Shown one piece after another: positions 37,880-48,531 of a stretch of 64,000 bases of DNA. Numbering within the stretch: position 1 is the stretch's first letter; each line of letters starts with the position of its first letter. The position numbers and the translations under genes are program-made. A model generated the notes under the pieces. That model was given only the letters and a program-made list of their open reading frames with translations. It made no database searches and had not been told where the DNA came from. The stretch covers positions 4,960,001 through 5,024,000 of the forward strand of contig NEEC01000004.1 in assembly GCA_002189035.1 (NCBI GenBank), read 5' to 3'. This DNA comes from Utricularia gibba (taxonomy: Eukaryota; Plantae; Magnoliophyta).

Positions 37880-37890
37880 GCATTTAATGC
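37880..37890 (-). promoter_or_regulatory. L1-box-like HD-Zip IV site GCATTAAATGC about 40 bp upstream of the KCS ATG
   Basis: Exact GCATTAAATGC on the minus strand here. GCATTAAATG at the same position in the other copies (323, 6286, 18693, 23375, 31958). Additional TAAATGCA at 1113, 7238, 19587 and 40169 (minus strand). Confidence 0.55.
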
Positions 37891-40800
37891 AGATAGTGGG
37901 TTGTTGCTACTTTCATTTAATACAAAAAAACTTTTTATGCATTACAAATTCATTTCCCTTATTTTGAGATAATTAAGAGCTTAATTAGAGTGGTTATACG
38001 CTATTTTCAAATAAAAATGAATTTAAAGAGAGTGACTTTTCAAGACATTTTACTAAATGCAAATCGATTCTATAAATCAAATGTAATACTAACCAAACAC
38101 AATTAACTTGATAAACGTGAATTTTTTCAAAATCACTATAAAACACGAACCTGACGTACCAAATATAATTCATAAATCCAATTCATTCAAATTACTAACA
38201 AATTAAAATCATACATTAGAATCGAGTATGAAGATCATAAACTTGTAATATAACATGGTTTTTTGTTAGTTTTTATAACTTAAAAAATTGGGAATACATA
38301 CGTTGTCTAATACAAAACATATCGTTTCCTTCATTTTCAATAAGCATGTAAATGAGTTTTAATTTATCTAAAACCAAATTTAAATTAAATGATCAATTTA
38401 ATTTAAAATTTATTACCAAACATATACATTAAATAAAACAGTCACTAAAAACCACCTTGTTTGATAGGATATTTTAATTCACTCATTGTTGAATATAAAT
38501 AAAATTAATTTACATAAAAATGATTGATTTAAAAATATTAGTGTTCTTTTTGAAGAATTTTATTTAAAAACTAATTATTTATCATTTGTTTCATAAATAT
38601 TTTAATAATTAGATTTATATATAATATTACTAAAACATCTACAAAAAATATTGAAGTAAAATCTTTTTTAATTAATAATATTATTACTATTGTACATTAT
38701 TATCATTGAATTAACTAAACCAACCTAATAAATGATTTGATGTTTCAATATGAATGAAGTTTTTAATAGTAAACTTATTTGGGTATCTAACAAAAATGAG
38801 ATTAACATGTACTATCATATAATATAATGTAATGTTTCACTTCTTACCAGACCAGCCCTTAAACCATGGTTTGAAAACCATGATGTTCTGTATCCAACAT
38901 AAATGGGTGTGGGGTTGTCTTCAACAATCAACAAGAAACAAAGGCTATGTCATACCACATCAACATATTTATGTATTTATTCATCAAGCACCTTGTATCA
39001 TGTGCTCTTCACAAGGCTATGCACACACAAAGAAGACATGTTTAAGGGTGTGATGCATGAGGTTTAACTCCCACATTGTATTTGGAAGTACATGGAACAT
39101 GTAACGTCCGATTCCAATATCCTAAGTGGGCTCGTTTAGGATGTGTTTGATAAGAAGTTTTAAATTAAATATATAATATAATTTAAATTTGATTCTAAAC
39201 GAGTTTAAATCTTCTATGAGTGTTTATTGAAAATAAAAATATTACATTTATTATATGATATATTTAACATAATGCATACATTATATTTTATTCTAAAATA
39301 TATAACCGAAACTCCAAACAATCTATCCATACTTATCATAAAATTGAATTAGTTTTCAAAAGTTAATTTTTATAGAAGATAATCAGTTATATTTTTTAAT
39401 TGTAAAATTAATAGTATTAGAATAAAATTAATTTTAATAGAATAAGAATAGTTTCCAAACATTGTCTAAATCTACCATATGTGTTTAAGAAAACAAAGCA
39501 AAAGATTAGCTTTATATTAAACTTTTTACGTGGTTTATCTAACACCTTAAATCATATAACTCAAACTTCAATCAATCCATCTACTCGCCCCATCATCTCT
39601 ATAGGTATGAAAAATGAGGTTATTTGGCTACTTTTAAAGTTGAGATTAGTTTCAAATTAAATGCTTTTTTCGAGTCACCGATTCATAAACGGAATTTTTA
39701 AATCTTGAAACGAATCAAAACTGGAACCAAATCACATGGTTTTGATTTAAAACCAGAACCAAAACGTTGAATTGAAGTAGAACTGAAATCAAATGATTAT
39801 TTTAGAAATTGATTCACAGTGCTCACATGAGCCATTATAAATGTCTGAAAAACATTGTTTTTTAAAAGATTTTTCAAACTTTCATAACAACTGTTAATAA
39901 TATCTAAAAACAATTGAATGTTTTTTAGGCACTCACATCAAACATTGACAGGAAAATTATTGTTTTTTTAAATATTTTTTAAGCTTACATAACGGTTGTT
40001 AAGAATGCTTACGATCGTTTAAACACGAAACTGAAGGTTAAAAATTGTTGGTTCCACATGAGTAGTAACCATTATTTTCTGATCTCAAATATCTCAAACC
40101 GGTCCAAAATTGTACGATTTCGATTTGAACCAGTTATAACTCAAGTTAATTTCATCACCCCTTAGGCCTGCATTTAATTTAGCATATCTAGCTCATTATA
40201 TACTTTTAATGATGGTCGGCGCAATCAGTTATTTTTTTCAGGTATAATGTTCTTCTTCCTATTTTATTAATTCACTTCGTAACTTTCTTTCAAAAATTCT
40301 TTTCGACTTCAACGATGTTTTCTCTCTAAGTCGACATCAAATTATTGCAGGATTTTGTTTCGATAAGACTTTAAAGTATATTGGTTTTAAAAATCTATTT
40401 AATACGAGACTTGATTGCGACAAATGTGGCTAAAATTTTTTTGGCTTCAAATATATTTTCCGTAACGCTCTAATGAGTTGGCACACTTGACCAAGCCACG
40501 TCGTGTCCATGCACGTTCTTTAGTAATAAAATAAAGTGTATTATTTTATTCTTAAATGTGACAAGAAATTACAAATTTGGGTACCACGCATTAAGTTCGC
40601 CTGGCTGTGCCCAAAATTGACGACTATCCACCATGAACGCGACCAACCCCCAACCTTCAAGACCTGTTCTCATTGCGGCGTCACGCGATCTTCCAAGGCG
40701 ATTATCAGATATAAGCAACTTCGAAGTAATTAAAACAAGGATAATTGAGTCGCTTTTTAATCCTTATTACAATGTGACAATCATATATTTTAATTTGTGA

Positions 40801-42059
40801 TTATGTGTATAATTAAAGTGTGTTGGGGGGTTATGTGTAATTTATTACTTAATAATAGTTAAATAAAATAATTTATTAAGTAAGTTGAATGAATAGTCTA
40901 TTTGTTTGATATTTTTCATAAACATATAAGATATATATAACCATTTATCATCTATTTACATGATATTATTCGTTTCTAACATTTAGTTTTTTTTTAATTT
41001 TATATTATCTTCTTTAAGAAAAAAAATCTTATACAAAATTAAGATAACTTATCAATTTAATCATGTCTTTTCTTCTATCCATAACAAATTGGAATACTAT
41101 CATAAATCATTGGTTTACAATATATGCCATTTTAATTTTTTAATTTTCAATTGAGTTATCTACAACTATTCAGAAATAACTTTTATTTTTTTAAGCATAG
41201 TTACTAAACACGTAAATAATATTTTATAATATTGATAAAATTGAAATTTATCTCATGTATACATTGAGTTTATAAAAAAAAAGTGCGTAAACTAAACATG
41301 CAATTACTAAATTTTAACAATTTATAATATAATAACTGAAATTTATAATCGAAATACATTAAAATATAAGTAGCGTAAAAAAGTAATAATCACAAAGTAT
41401 TTATTGATTGATAATGACTATCTATTTATTTGATAATTAATTTTAAAATTTGTTCATTTACAAATTTAATATTAATATTGAATTAGTCATTATATGTTTA
41501 TAAATTAAATAACTATAAATAATATTTTAAGATAATTGTACATATTTAAAATTTAAAATTATTTAATTTTTGAATAAATTATTTTATGATAATGTAAATA
41601 ATAGTATACTGTCACCTCTAATTCTATAATTAACAACGTAAATAAATATATCGAAAAAGATAGTTATAACATTATTTGGTTTGCATCCCCAATATTTATT
41701 TGTCCCAATTATTATTATTATTATTATGTGCGTATTGATGTGGAGATTGGTGATTAAATTTAATATTTTAAGAAATTAAAAACATGCTATTAATAGGAGG
41801 GCCTAATTGGCCACGTTTCTTTCTCAAAAAGGGCTTGCTGGGGCCTGGGATGGGCATGTGGGCCAGGGTTATCTTTTGCAAGTGCCCAATGGCTAAAGAC
41901 ATTGTGCAATCAGAGTTGGGCTTCCAGGTCCAATAGGTGTTAGTAATAATGCAATGATTATTGTAAACAATATCGCTACATTTGCAAAAATCACATGAAA
42001 CTTAATAAAAAGTGATATATGTTTGATCCTTGAAAGGGGCACCGCAACTCAAAAAACAA

Positions 42060-43600
42060 AGCAACCGTGCGCCTTTGTGTTGCCCATTTGATCCTTCATT
42101 GGCTTCGCCCAGCGGCACGGCGGTGATGAGCCCATCGTGCTCCCTGGGGCTGCCGTGTCCTGAGAGTCGTCCCCGAGTCCCGAATCAGCTGACTCTGAAG
42201 TGCAAATAATTGGTTCGAAACGCACAAACAAAAATGGTCAGAACAAAGTGACAGGTTCCTCCCAGAATCGGATTTAACAACATAGAGAGAGAGTGGGCAA
42301 CCATATAAATAAAGTTTCAGTATATCTACAGAGTTTGATGGGTTGACGACACGTGGAGGATGGTGTAGTGATGATATATAGACATGGTACGGCCTCCAAA
42401 AGCAAAGCAACCACATCAGATATGAGGCTTCGCCACTCGCTTCCCCCATCTTTCCTTCGAGTAGTGGGATCCCCAAACCATCTAATGACAAACTCCAAAT
42501 CTAAAGTGTCTGGAGATATCCGATTCAAATAAGGAACAATAGCATGTGCGAGTGATGGAGTCATGCTTAAAGCTTGAATCACCATAGAATTTAAAGGTTG
42601 AATCACCAGACAATGTAGTGGTGTATCAGGGAAGTGGAGTATACTGATATGGTTTTCGTTGAAATTTAGGATCCGACGGGTCGGACAAGCGTGCACGTGA
42701 AGTCTAAATACACAATAAACGTGGATCACAATATAAAATATTAGGCCCAATCAATTATTAGTAAACTATAATTTATTATATACTTGACTATTTCACTTTC
42801 ATTTTTCGATGTGGTACTATATATTCTAACAGTTTTAAGATATAAAACTTTCATTTTGTGAATCAATTCGGATGCACTCATCCCACCTAAGTCACAACGA
42901 AGGGGAAAGAGATGATGAAAGTGGGAATTGGAAGAGAGTGACTGACAGGTTCTATCAGTCTCATGTAGTTGGGTGATGGGACCAAAAGGGTGAACACGTG
43001 CTTCGTTGTCATAGGTTTCGATCAAAGGAACGAGTGCTACTCATCATGCAGCAGCATACCACATCCGACAAAAAGGTCGGATAAGGATCAAAGTCTTTGC
43101 CTGTCGATCGTTTCTTTAATCCAATTATGAGTTGTCTTGACTCCACAAACGCATAGATATTGATTATGGAGGGTGCAGAAGAAGGGGATCAAAGTAATCC
43201 AAACAACAAGCTCCTCTAGGTCGTCTCCATCGATCATATCAGCCGTTTTGACAGACTGTTTGGCTCGTAAACAGCTTACAATCAATACTCAATACAGGGT
43301 TTCATGGAGCAACCACGGGTTGTAGTTTAGTGCAAAAACTGTGGGAATATTAGGTTCCTGATTCTTCCTGGTTCCATTGCCATTAACTAGCTAAGTAACC
43401 AGCCCTTCTCTGTGAAAGGGGCATGGAGGTAAATTCAGTCCTTTCCATCTCTATAAAAGAAAGCTTTGGTTCATCCTTACGAAGAAGCTCCAACTTGTGC
43501 TTTCTTCTGATAAGCTCCGTCATGCACTCCCATTCCGACGAAGAATCCCCGATGGCTGGAACCGACTCTTTTTGGAGTGAACACCGTACCAACTCACTGT
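42060..43600 (-). other. Unidentified degenerate coding-like relic (copy B, longer, interrupted by a solo LTR)
   Basis: Paralog of 34085-34980 with an extra ~445 bp (about 42980-43425). The minus-strand frame reads through the junction (LIETYDNEARVHPFGPITQLHETDRTC). Confidence 0.4.
42657..42831 (-). mobile_element. Solo LTR (175 bp) of the TRIM-like family
   Basis: Aligns with the LTR at 29402-29576 and has the same length. 5-bp TSD GTTTT at 42652-42656 and 42832-42836. Empty site in the paralog at ~34630 (TACTGATATGCTTTTAAGATAT). Confidence 0.9.
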
Positions 43601-43749
43601 TCCATTAAGCACCTTTTTTTTTTCCTTTCAAGAAACAAACACCACTCTTAACATACGAACGTGCAGTACATGTCACTAGACAAAGCATGTCTCCTTTTAT
43701 CTTTCTATTTTTGCTGTAATAAAGTTTTTGATTTTCGAAAAAGCTGCAG

Positions 43750-44299
43750 CAAGCGGAAAGAGGCGTCGGAGAGCCACCGGAGCGAGCACAAACAGGAGGC
43801 TGACCCAGGATCAGGCCAACATGCTTGAGCGCTACTTCTTCGAGGACCCGTCACTGGAGACACACAGAAAGGAGAGGCTGGCACAGGAATTAGGTTTGCA
43901 CCACCGCCAGGTGGCGGTTTGGTTCCAGAACAGGAGGGTGCGCCACCGCACCAAGAAAATAGAAGAAGAGTTCTACAGGCTCCACGCCCTACATGAAACC
44001 ACCGTCGTCGAGAAATGCCACCTCGAAATGGAGGTTCGTCTTTGCCATATTCATTGATTACTTCAAAAAACACTAATCAGTCGTAAACTCCTGTCATCAA
44101 CATAATGACATTACCCTCGCCCTAATTCCAGATTCTGCGGCTGAGGGAAAAACTGCGTGAAGCGGAAAATGAAATCCAAAAGCTTTCAGCAGGCGTTCCA
44201 TCTTTTCCAACGGAAGAAGCATCTCTGCACGCGGGATTTGAGTTTGATGACATCTTTACCCCTGGGCTCGCCTGGGATTCAGTGTATTGCTTCATGTAG
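43750..44299 (+). CDS. HD-Zip class I (ATHB21/40/53-like) gene, copy B; homeodomain and zipper exons intact, first exon not identified
   Basis: SGKRRRRATGASTNRRLTQDQANMLERYFFEDPSLETHRKERLAQELGLHHRQVAVWFQNRRVRHRTKKIEEEFYRLHALHETTVVEKCHLEME. GT-AG intron 44034-44131, then ILRLREKLREAENEIQKL...VYCFM*. Confidence 0.75.
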
Positions 44300-45563
44300 C
44301 AGATAGCCGTTAGTAGGTGTAAATTAGTCTTTTCAGTTCTTATGATTAGGAGCTGTAATTAAGCTATCAGAAAGTGATTAGTGACTAATGATTTCAAATT
44401 TAGTAACCATGAAAATTGAAGTGTTCGGAATTTTTAGCAATTAATTTACCTTGAATTATTTATAAAACACACAATGAATTTATTCGAAATTAATGTCTGG
44501 TATACTTTTGAATATTAATTTTAATGATTTTTCCCTATTTTTTATGTTTTATATCCAAATAGAATTTACATATTATACTTTTCATTTGATATCTTTCTTT
44601 TTTATTCATATTAAAAATACTAAGAATATAATTATATTTTCTATCCATTTATAATTAATCAACCAACCATATTTCATTCATCAATATATACGTATTAAAA
44701 TATTTTAATATATTTAAGTATTTTAATCCAACACACTCAATATTTATATTATGGTTTTAAAGAACGGATTAAATTATTTAGTATGGAATATAAATGAATT
44801 ATAATACATTTAAATTTGTAGAAAAAAATATATCAAAATTTTGAAAATATTAAAAATATTTATTATGTATAAATATAATATTTTTTTCAATCTATGAGAA
44901 TCAAAATGTGTTTTCTAGTAAAATTTAGTTTGAATTATGTGAAAAAAATAATTGGATAATTGGATGCATTTGAATTATTTAAAATAATTGATTTGTATGA
45001 GCAATAATTCGATTATAAAAAGAAAAAATTGTTTGAGACGATAACTCCATCCGCCAGTCTCCGAAATTCCAGACCAGCAGCAGCCCGTTGCCCGTTTCCC
45101 GCCGGCAAAGTTCCGTCCTTTGGTCTGGGAAAGAGCCGTTTTTCCGAGACTTGCTCCTCGCTGACTTCTGGTTTTCCGGCGAACCCAAAATTAGGAGCTG
45201 CGGTCTTATCCGTTTGTGGTTTCGGCGTTAATTGAGAGACCTGGGTCTCATTAATTGGGAGCGAAAGTAGATATTTGATTTGAACTGCGGTTGAAGTTGG
45301 AGTGCGACTCCTTTTTCGTCTCCACCTGAGTTGTTCGTTCTCAGCAGGTTAGGTCAGTCTCAGGCACTTTCAATTTGTACTTTCCCCTATTTGATTTGGT
45401 CCTTCGTCTTCTTGTATCATTTACTTTTGCTTTTCTTTTGAGCAGAGTCATGAGTCGTGTTGCGTTTTGTCGAGTAGTTGGTCTCTAATTATTCACATGA
45501 ATAAATCCAAGCTTCTGCATTTTTAGTAGTTTGTCATTATTTTTGGGAGAAGGCTGATTGCAA

Positions 45564-46683
45564 ATGGGAAGTGGAAAAACAAGCAAACCGAACAAGTCAT
45601 CTAAGCCTCCATTATCACCACCGGTTAGTATACTTCAACATCATTTTTGGGGCTTAGTTTGGGTACTCAATGTCGCTACATGCTGATTTACAGGAGCCAT
45701 CTGGGACACCCAACACACCTCCATTTCCTGATTTGCCCAACTCTTCTCAGGTTTTTAGAATTTTTGAATTTGGCTTGTGTATGTTGCAGGTTGTTTTGTT
45801 GATTTTTTTCTTCTTGAAAGTTGCCATTTTTATGAACTAGCAGGCTTCATACGGGGGCGGAGCAACCCCTCCTCGCTTGGCTTCAAATGCTGCGGAGACC
45901 GGAAGCGCATCAGTTTCTGTTCCGGCTCTTGGAATGGATTTATGGAATGCTTCTCCTGGTTCGGAAGGTAGGAAGCTGCAGCCAACACCTCAATCCAGCG
46001 CTGCCATGAATCAACAAGTATGTCCCACGAGAGTGCAGCTTTAGTTTTTGATACAGAAGCCGATGATAATTTGGAGAAGCAGCACCTTACTGAGTTTGTC
46101 TCAGTTTTTGTTTGTTCCTATATACACTGTTATGTTTAGGCTGCTCGGATTCTTAGTCATCAAACACTCCTTTGCCTGACGCTGAAGTTTCTTGTCATTC
46201 ATCGCGTTGCAGGATGAGCGTGAATTGAAACGGCAAAAGCGAAAGCAATCTAACCGGGAGTCTGCCCGGAGATCAAGGCTGCGGAAGCAGGTAATGAATG
46301 ATTTTCGAGTTAAATAGCTATATGGTGTTTCTACATCTCGCTGCAGGGTTATGCCCTGTATACTTACAAAATAAAGTGCAGGCGGAGTGTGAAGAGCTGC
46401 AGCACAGAGTGGATGCATTAACCAACGAGAATCACACCCTGCAAGAGGAGCTGCGATCACTGTGGAATGAATGCGAGAAACTCGAATCAGAGAACACCTC
46501 ATTAAAGGTGAAGTTCACCAGCTACTTTCGCCTTCTTGTGTTGTTTTACACGCCCTGATGACTATGCAAATGAAACAGGAGGAGCTCACGATGTTCTGCA
46601 GCCCAAAAGTGGCCTCTGATTTAGACAACAGCCGCTCCCGTCGCCGGAGAATGGAGGTAACTTGTAAGAAACTTCTTGTTTAG
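45564..46683 (+). CDS. GBF1: Group G bZIP, GBF1-like, shortened (~199 aa); exons 45564-45623, 45694-45750, 45844-46017, 46213-46290, 46382-46507, 46579-46683
   Basis: GT-AG phase-0 exons give MGSGK..., ...GMDLWNASP..., [26 protein letters not shown]|[24 protein letters not shown]...SLK|EEL. Confidence 0.85.
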
Positions 46684-46929
46684 AGAAGCATGCTCTTTTA
46701 GTGATGCCGGCTAGCAACTGTCTTGTTCCTTGGATTTATCACAAATCTGAAATTAGATTTCAAGGGAAGTCATCGTTTGCTACAACTTGAAACACAAACA
46801 ACAAACAGGCAGGCACTTCTCCTAAGATGTAAACAATCAAGACAGTCACTTTATCGCTGGCAACACATATTATGCTGTTTTGGTAGAAGGATTAGAAAAG
46901 TTTGATCTTTTGACCATCTGCGGTTCAGT

Positions 46930-48531
46930 TCAATATCGCCATGCGGACATGGAAGCAACTGGTCTTTCATGCCAACAAAGCAGCATTTCGGCTTGGCGTT
47001 TCACTGTATGGAAGCCTCTGATTTGCACTTTCCGCAGCAAATACTCAGCCTGAAAATCAGCAAATTGGCTAAGCCCTATTGGCCTCAGCCCCGCCGCCAC
47101 CAGAGCCTCCGTCGCCTGAGTTCCCCGCCGGCCGACAGCCTCCACCGCCTCCGTAATTTTTGGGTACAATACATATGTTTCTATTCTTCTCATCCAATCC
47201 CACCCATTTGTCCCCATCGAGTTGGCAGCAGCTTCTATGGATTCCAAGAGCGTGGAGTAGAATTCGAGGCCGTTGATTACAGTCTGCCGATACGACGACG
47301 TGTTGCTGTATCCGATTTGCCCTTCGACATCTACGTGAACCACAACAAGGGGAGATAGACGGCGGAGATCGTTCAAGAAACCAGAACCGATTTCCCGGAA
47401 TATAAAGGGCGATAAAAGGACGGCGACTTTTTCGCCTTCTATGAACTTGATGGCCTTGAAGGAGAGATACTCGAAGCTTCGTATTGAGATGAAATCAACA
47501 TCAAATCTGACATTCAGTTCTCTAGCGAATTGGGTTAAGTTTTCTCTCACCAGATTTGATTCCATCTCGTATTCCTCGGTAACGACGGCGGAAATTCGAA
47601 ATACCGGCGGCGGCGATTTGTGTGACTCCGCCTTTTCGGCTATCTCTTTCACGAATGAAGCCCAGTGACCGCCGAATCCGATATCGAAATCGATGACATG
47701 GACGTGCATCGTGCCGTCGGTGGCTTCGAGCAGCGCTTGATTTGCTGTGAAGCTGGAGAACATGGGAATCGGAGACATGTGGGCGAATATGTTCTGGGCC
47801 TTAATCGTTTGGATGATCTCCGGCGAGGCGGCGGGGCGGTGTGCTGGAGTTGTACCAGCGAGAAGCGATTGGAGAGCTTCCTTGAAATAAAAAGCAGCTC
47901 TCTGAAGAGGCTTTCCTACCGGAGTTCTCAGACGTTCATTGAGCCGCGCCAATATCAATTGCCCCAACTGAACAGAATTTGTCTCGAAACATTCAGCAAG
48001 ACGAATCAATTCATCCACATATTCCAAGCCCACGTTAAAGTTTCCGCCGCTCAGCTCCGCGGGGAATCCCTCGATGGAATTCTGACCCGCCGGCACAGAA
48101 CCATACACCGGAAAATCCGAAATAAGCCCAAAATCCACCGCGGGAAACTCAGCAGGATAGTAAGGCCCAGAAGGCGCCGCAAATTCAGGGAGATTAAGGT
48201 AATGATTCTGCGGAACTGGCTGAAGATTTTGATTTTCCAGTGGAAGCGACTTAGAAACAGGGGAATCGTTGTCGTTCACTCCCAGGTCTCTCATCCAAGA
48301 ATCCCAGTCCTCCAACTGGGGATTGATCAGCACATGATGATTTTCCAGTTGAAAAAGATCACCCGGGTGGCTAGCCACAGGGCTGGGACTTCTCCTGAGA
48401 TCAAGAACAGACCTGGGCTCGTAAAGAAAGCAAGTTCCCGGCTGCGGCGGCTGAGTCGCTGCGGTGACTGGAGAACTGGAGCTGCTACTAAATGCGGTTT
48501 TGGCGTAAGTTGTAGAAATGGATACTTTCAT
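46930..48531 (-). CDS. SCL15: GRAS transcription factor, HAM family, SCL15-like (533 aa from MKVSIS)
   Basis: Intronless, with ILARLN, QRAAFYFKEAL, VHVIDFDIGFGGHWASF and the C-terminal SAW motif (ASMSAWRY). The ORF track begins at an upstream TTG; the first ATG is at 48531. Confidence 0.85.
   Translation of the reverse strand: MKVSISTTYAKTAFSSSSSSPVTAATQPPQPGTCFLYEPRSVLDLRRSPSPVASHPGDLFQLENHHVLINPQLEDWDSWMRDLGVNDNDSPVSKSLPLENQNLQPVPQNHYLNLPEFAAPSGPYYPAEFPAVDFGLISDFPVYGSVPAGQNSIEGFPAELSGGNFNVGLEYVDELIRLAECFETNSVQLGQLILARLNERLRTPVGKPLQRAAFYFKEALQSLLAGTTPAHRPAASPEIIQTIKAQNIFAHMSPIPMFSSFTANQALLEATDGTMHVHVIDFDIGFGGHWASFVKEIAEKAESHKSPPPVFRISAVVTEEYEMESNLVRENLTQFARELNVRFDVDFISIRSFEYLSFKAIKFIEGEKVAVLLSPFIFREIGSGFLNDLRRLSPLVVVHVDVEGQIGYSNTSSYRQTVINGLEFYSTLLESIEAAANSMGTNGWDWMRRIETYVLYPKITEAVEAVGRRGTQATEALVAAGLRPIGLSQFADFQAEYLLRKVQIRGFHTVKRQAEMLLCWHERPVASMSAWRY
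47936..47956 (-). promoter_or_regulatory. miR171 target site inside the GRAS CDS
   Basis: Plus strand TCATTGAGCCGCGCCAATATC versus miR171 UGAUUGAGCCGCGCCAAUAUC: 20/21 match, at the ILARLN position used in HAM genes. Confidence 0.85.

Noticed and set aside
43220-43250. GDD tripeptide in the relic as proof of a viral RdRp
   Set aside because: A single tripeptide with no motif A or B seen nearby is not enough; it is kept only as an untested option.
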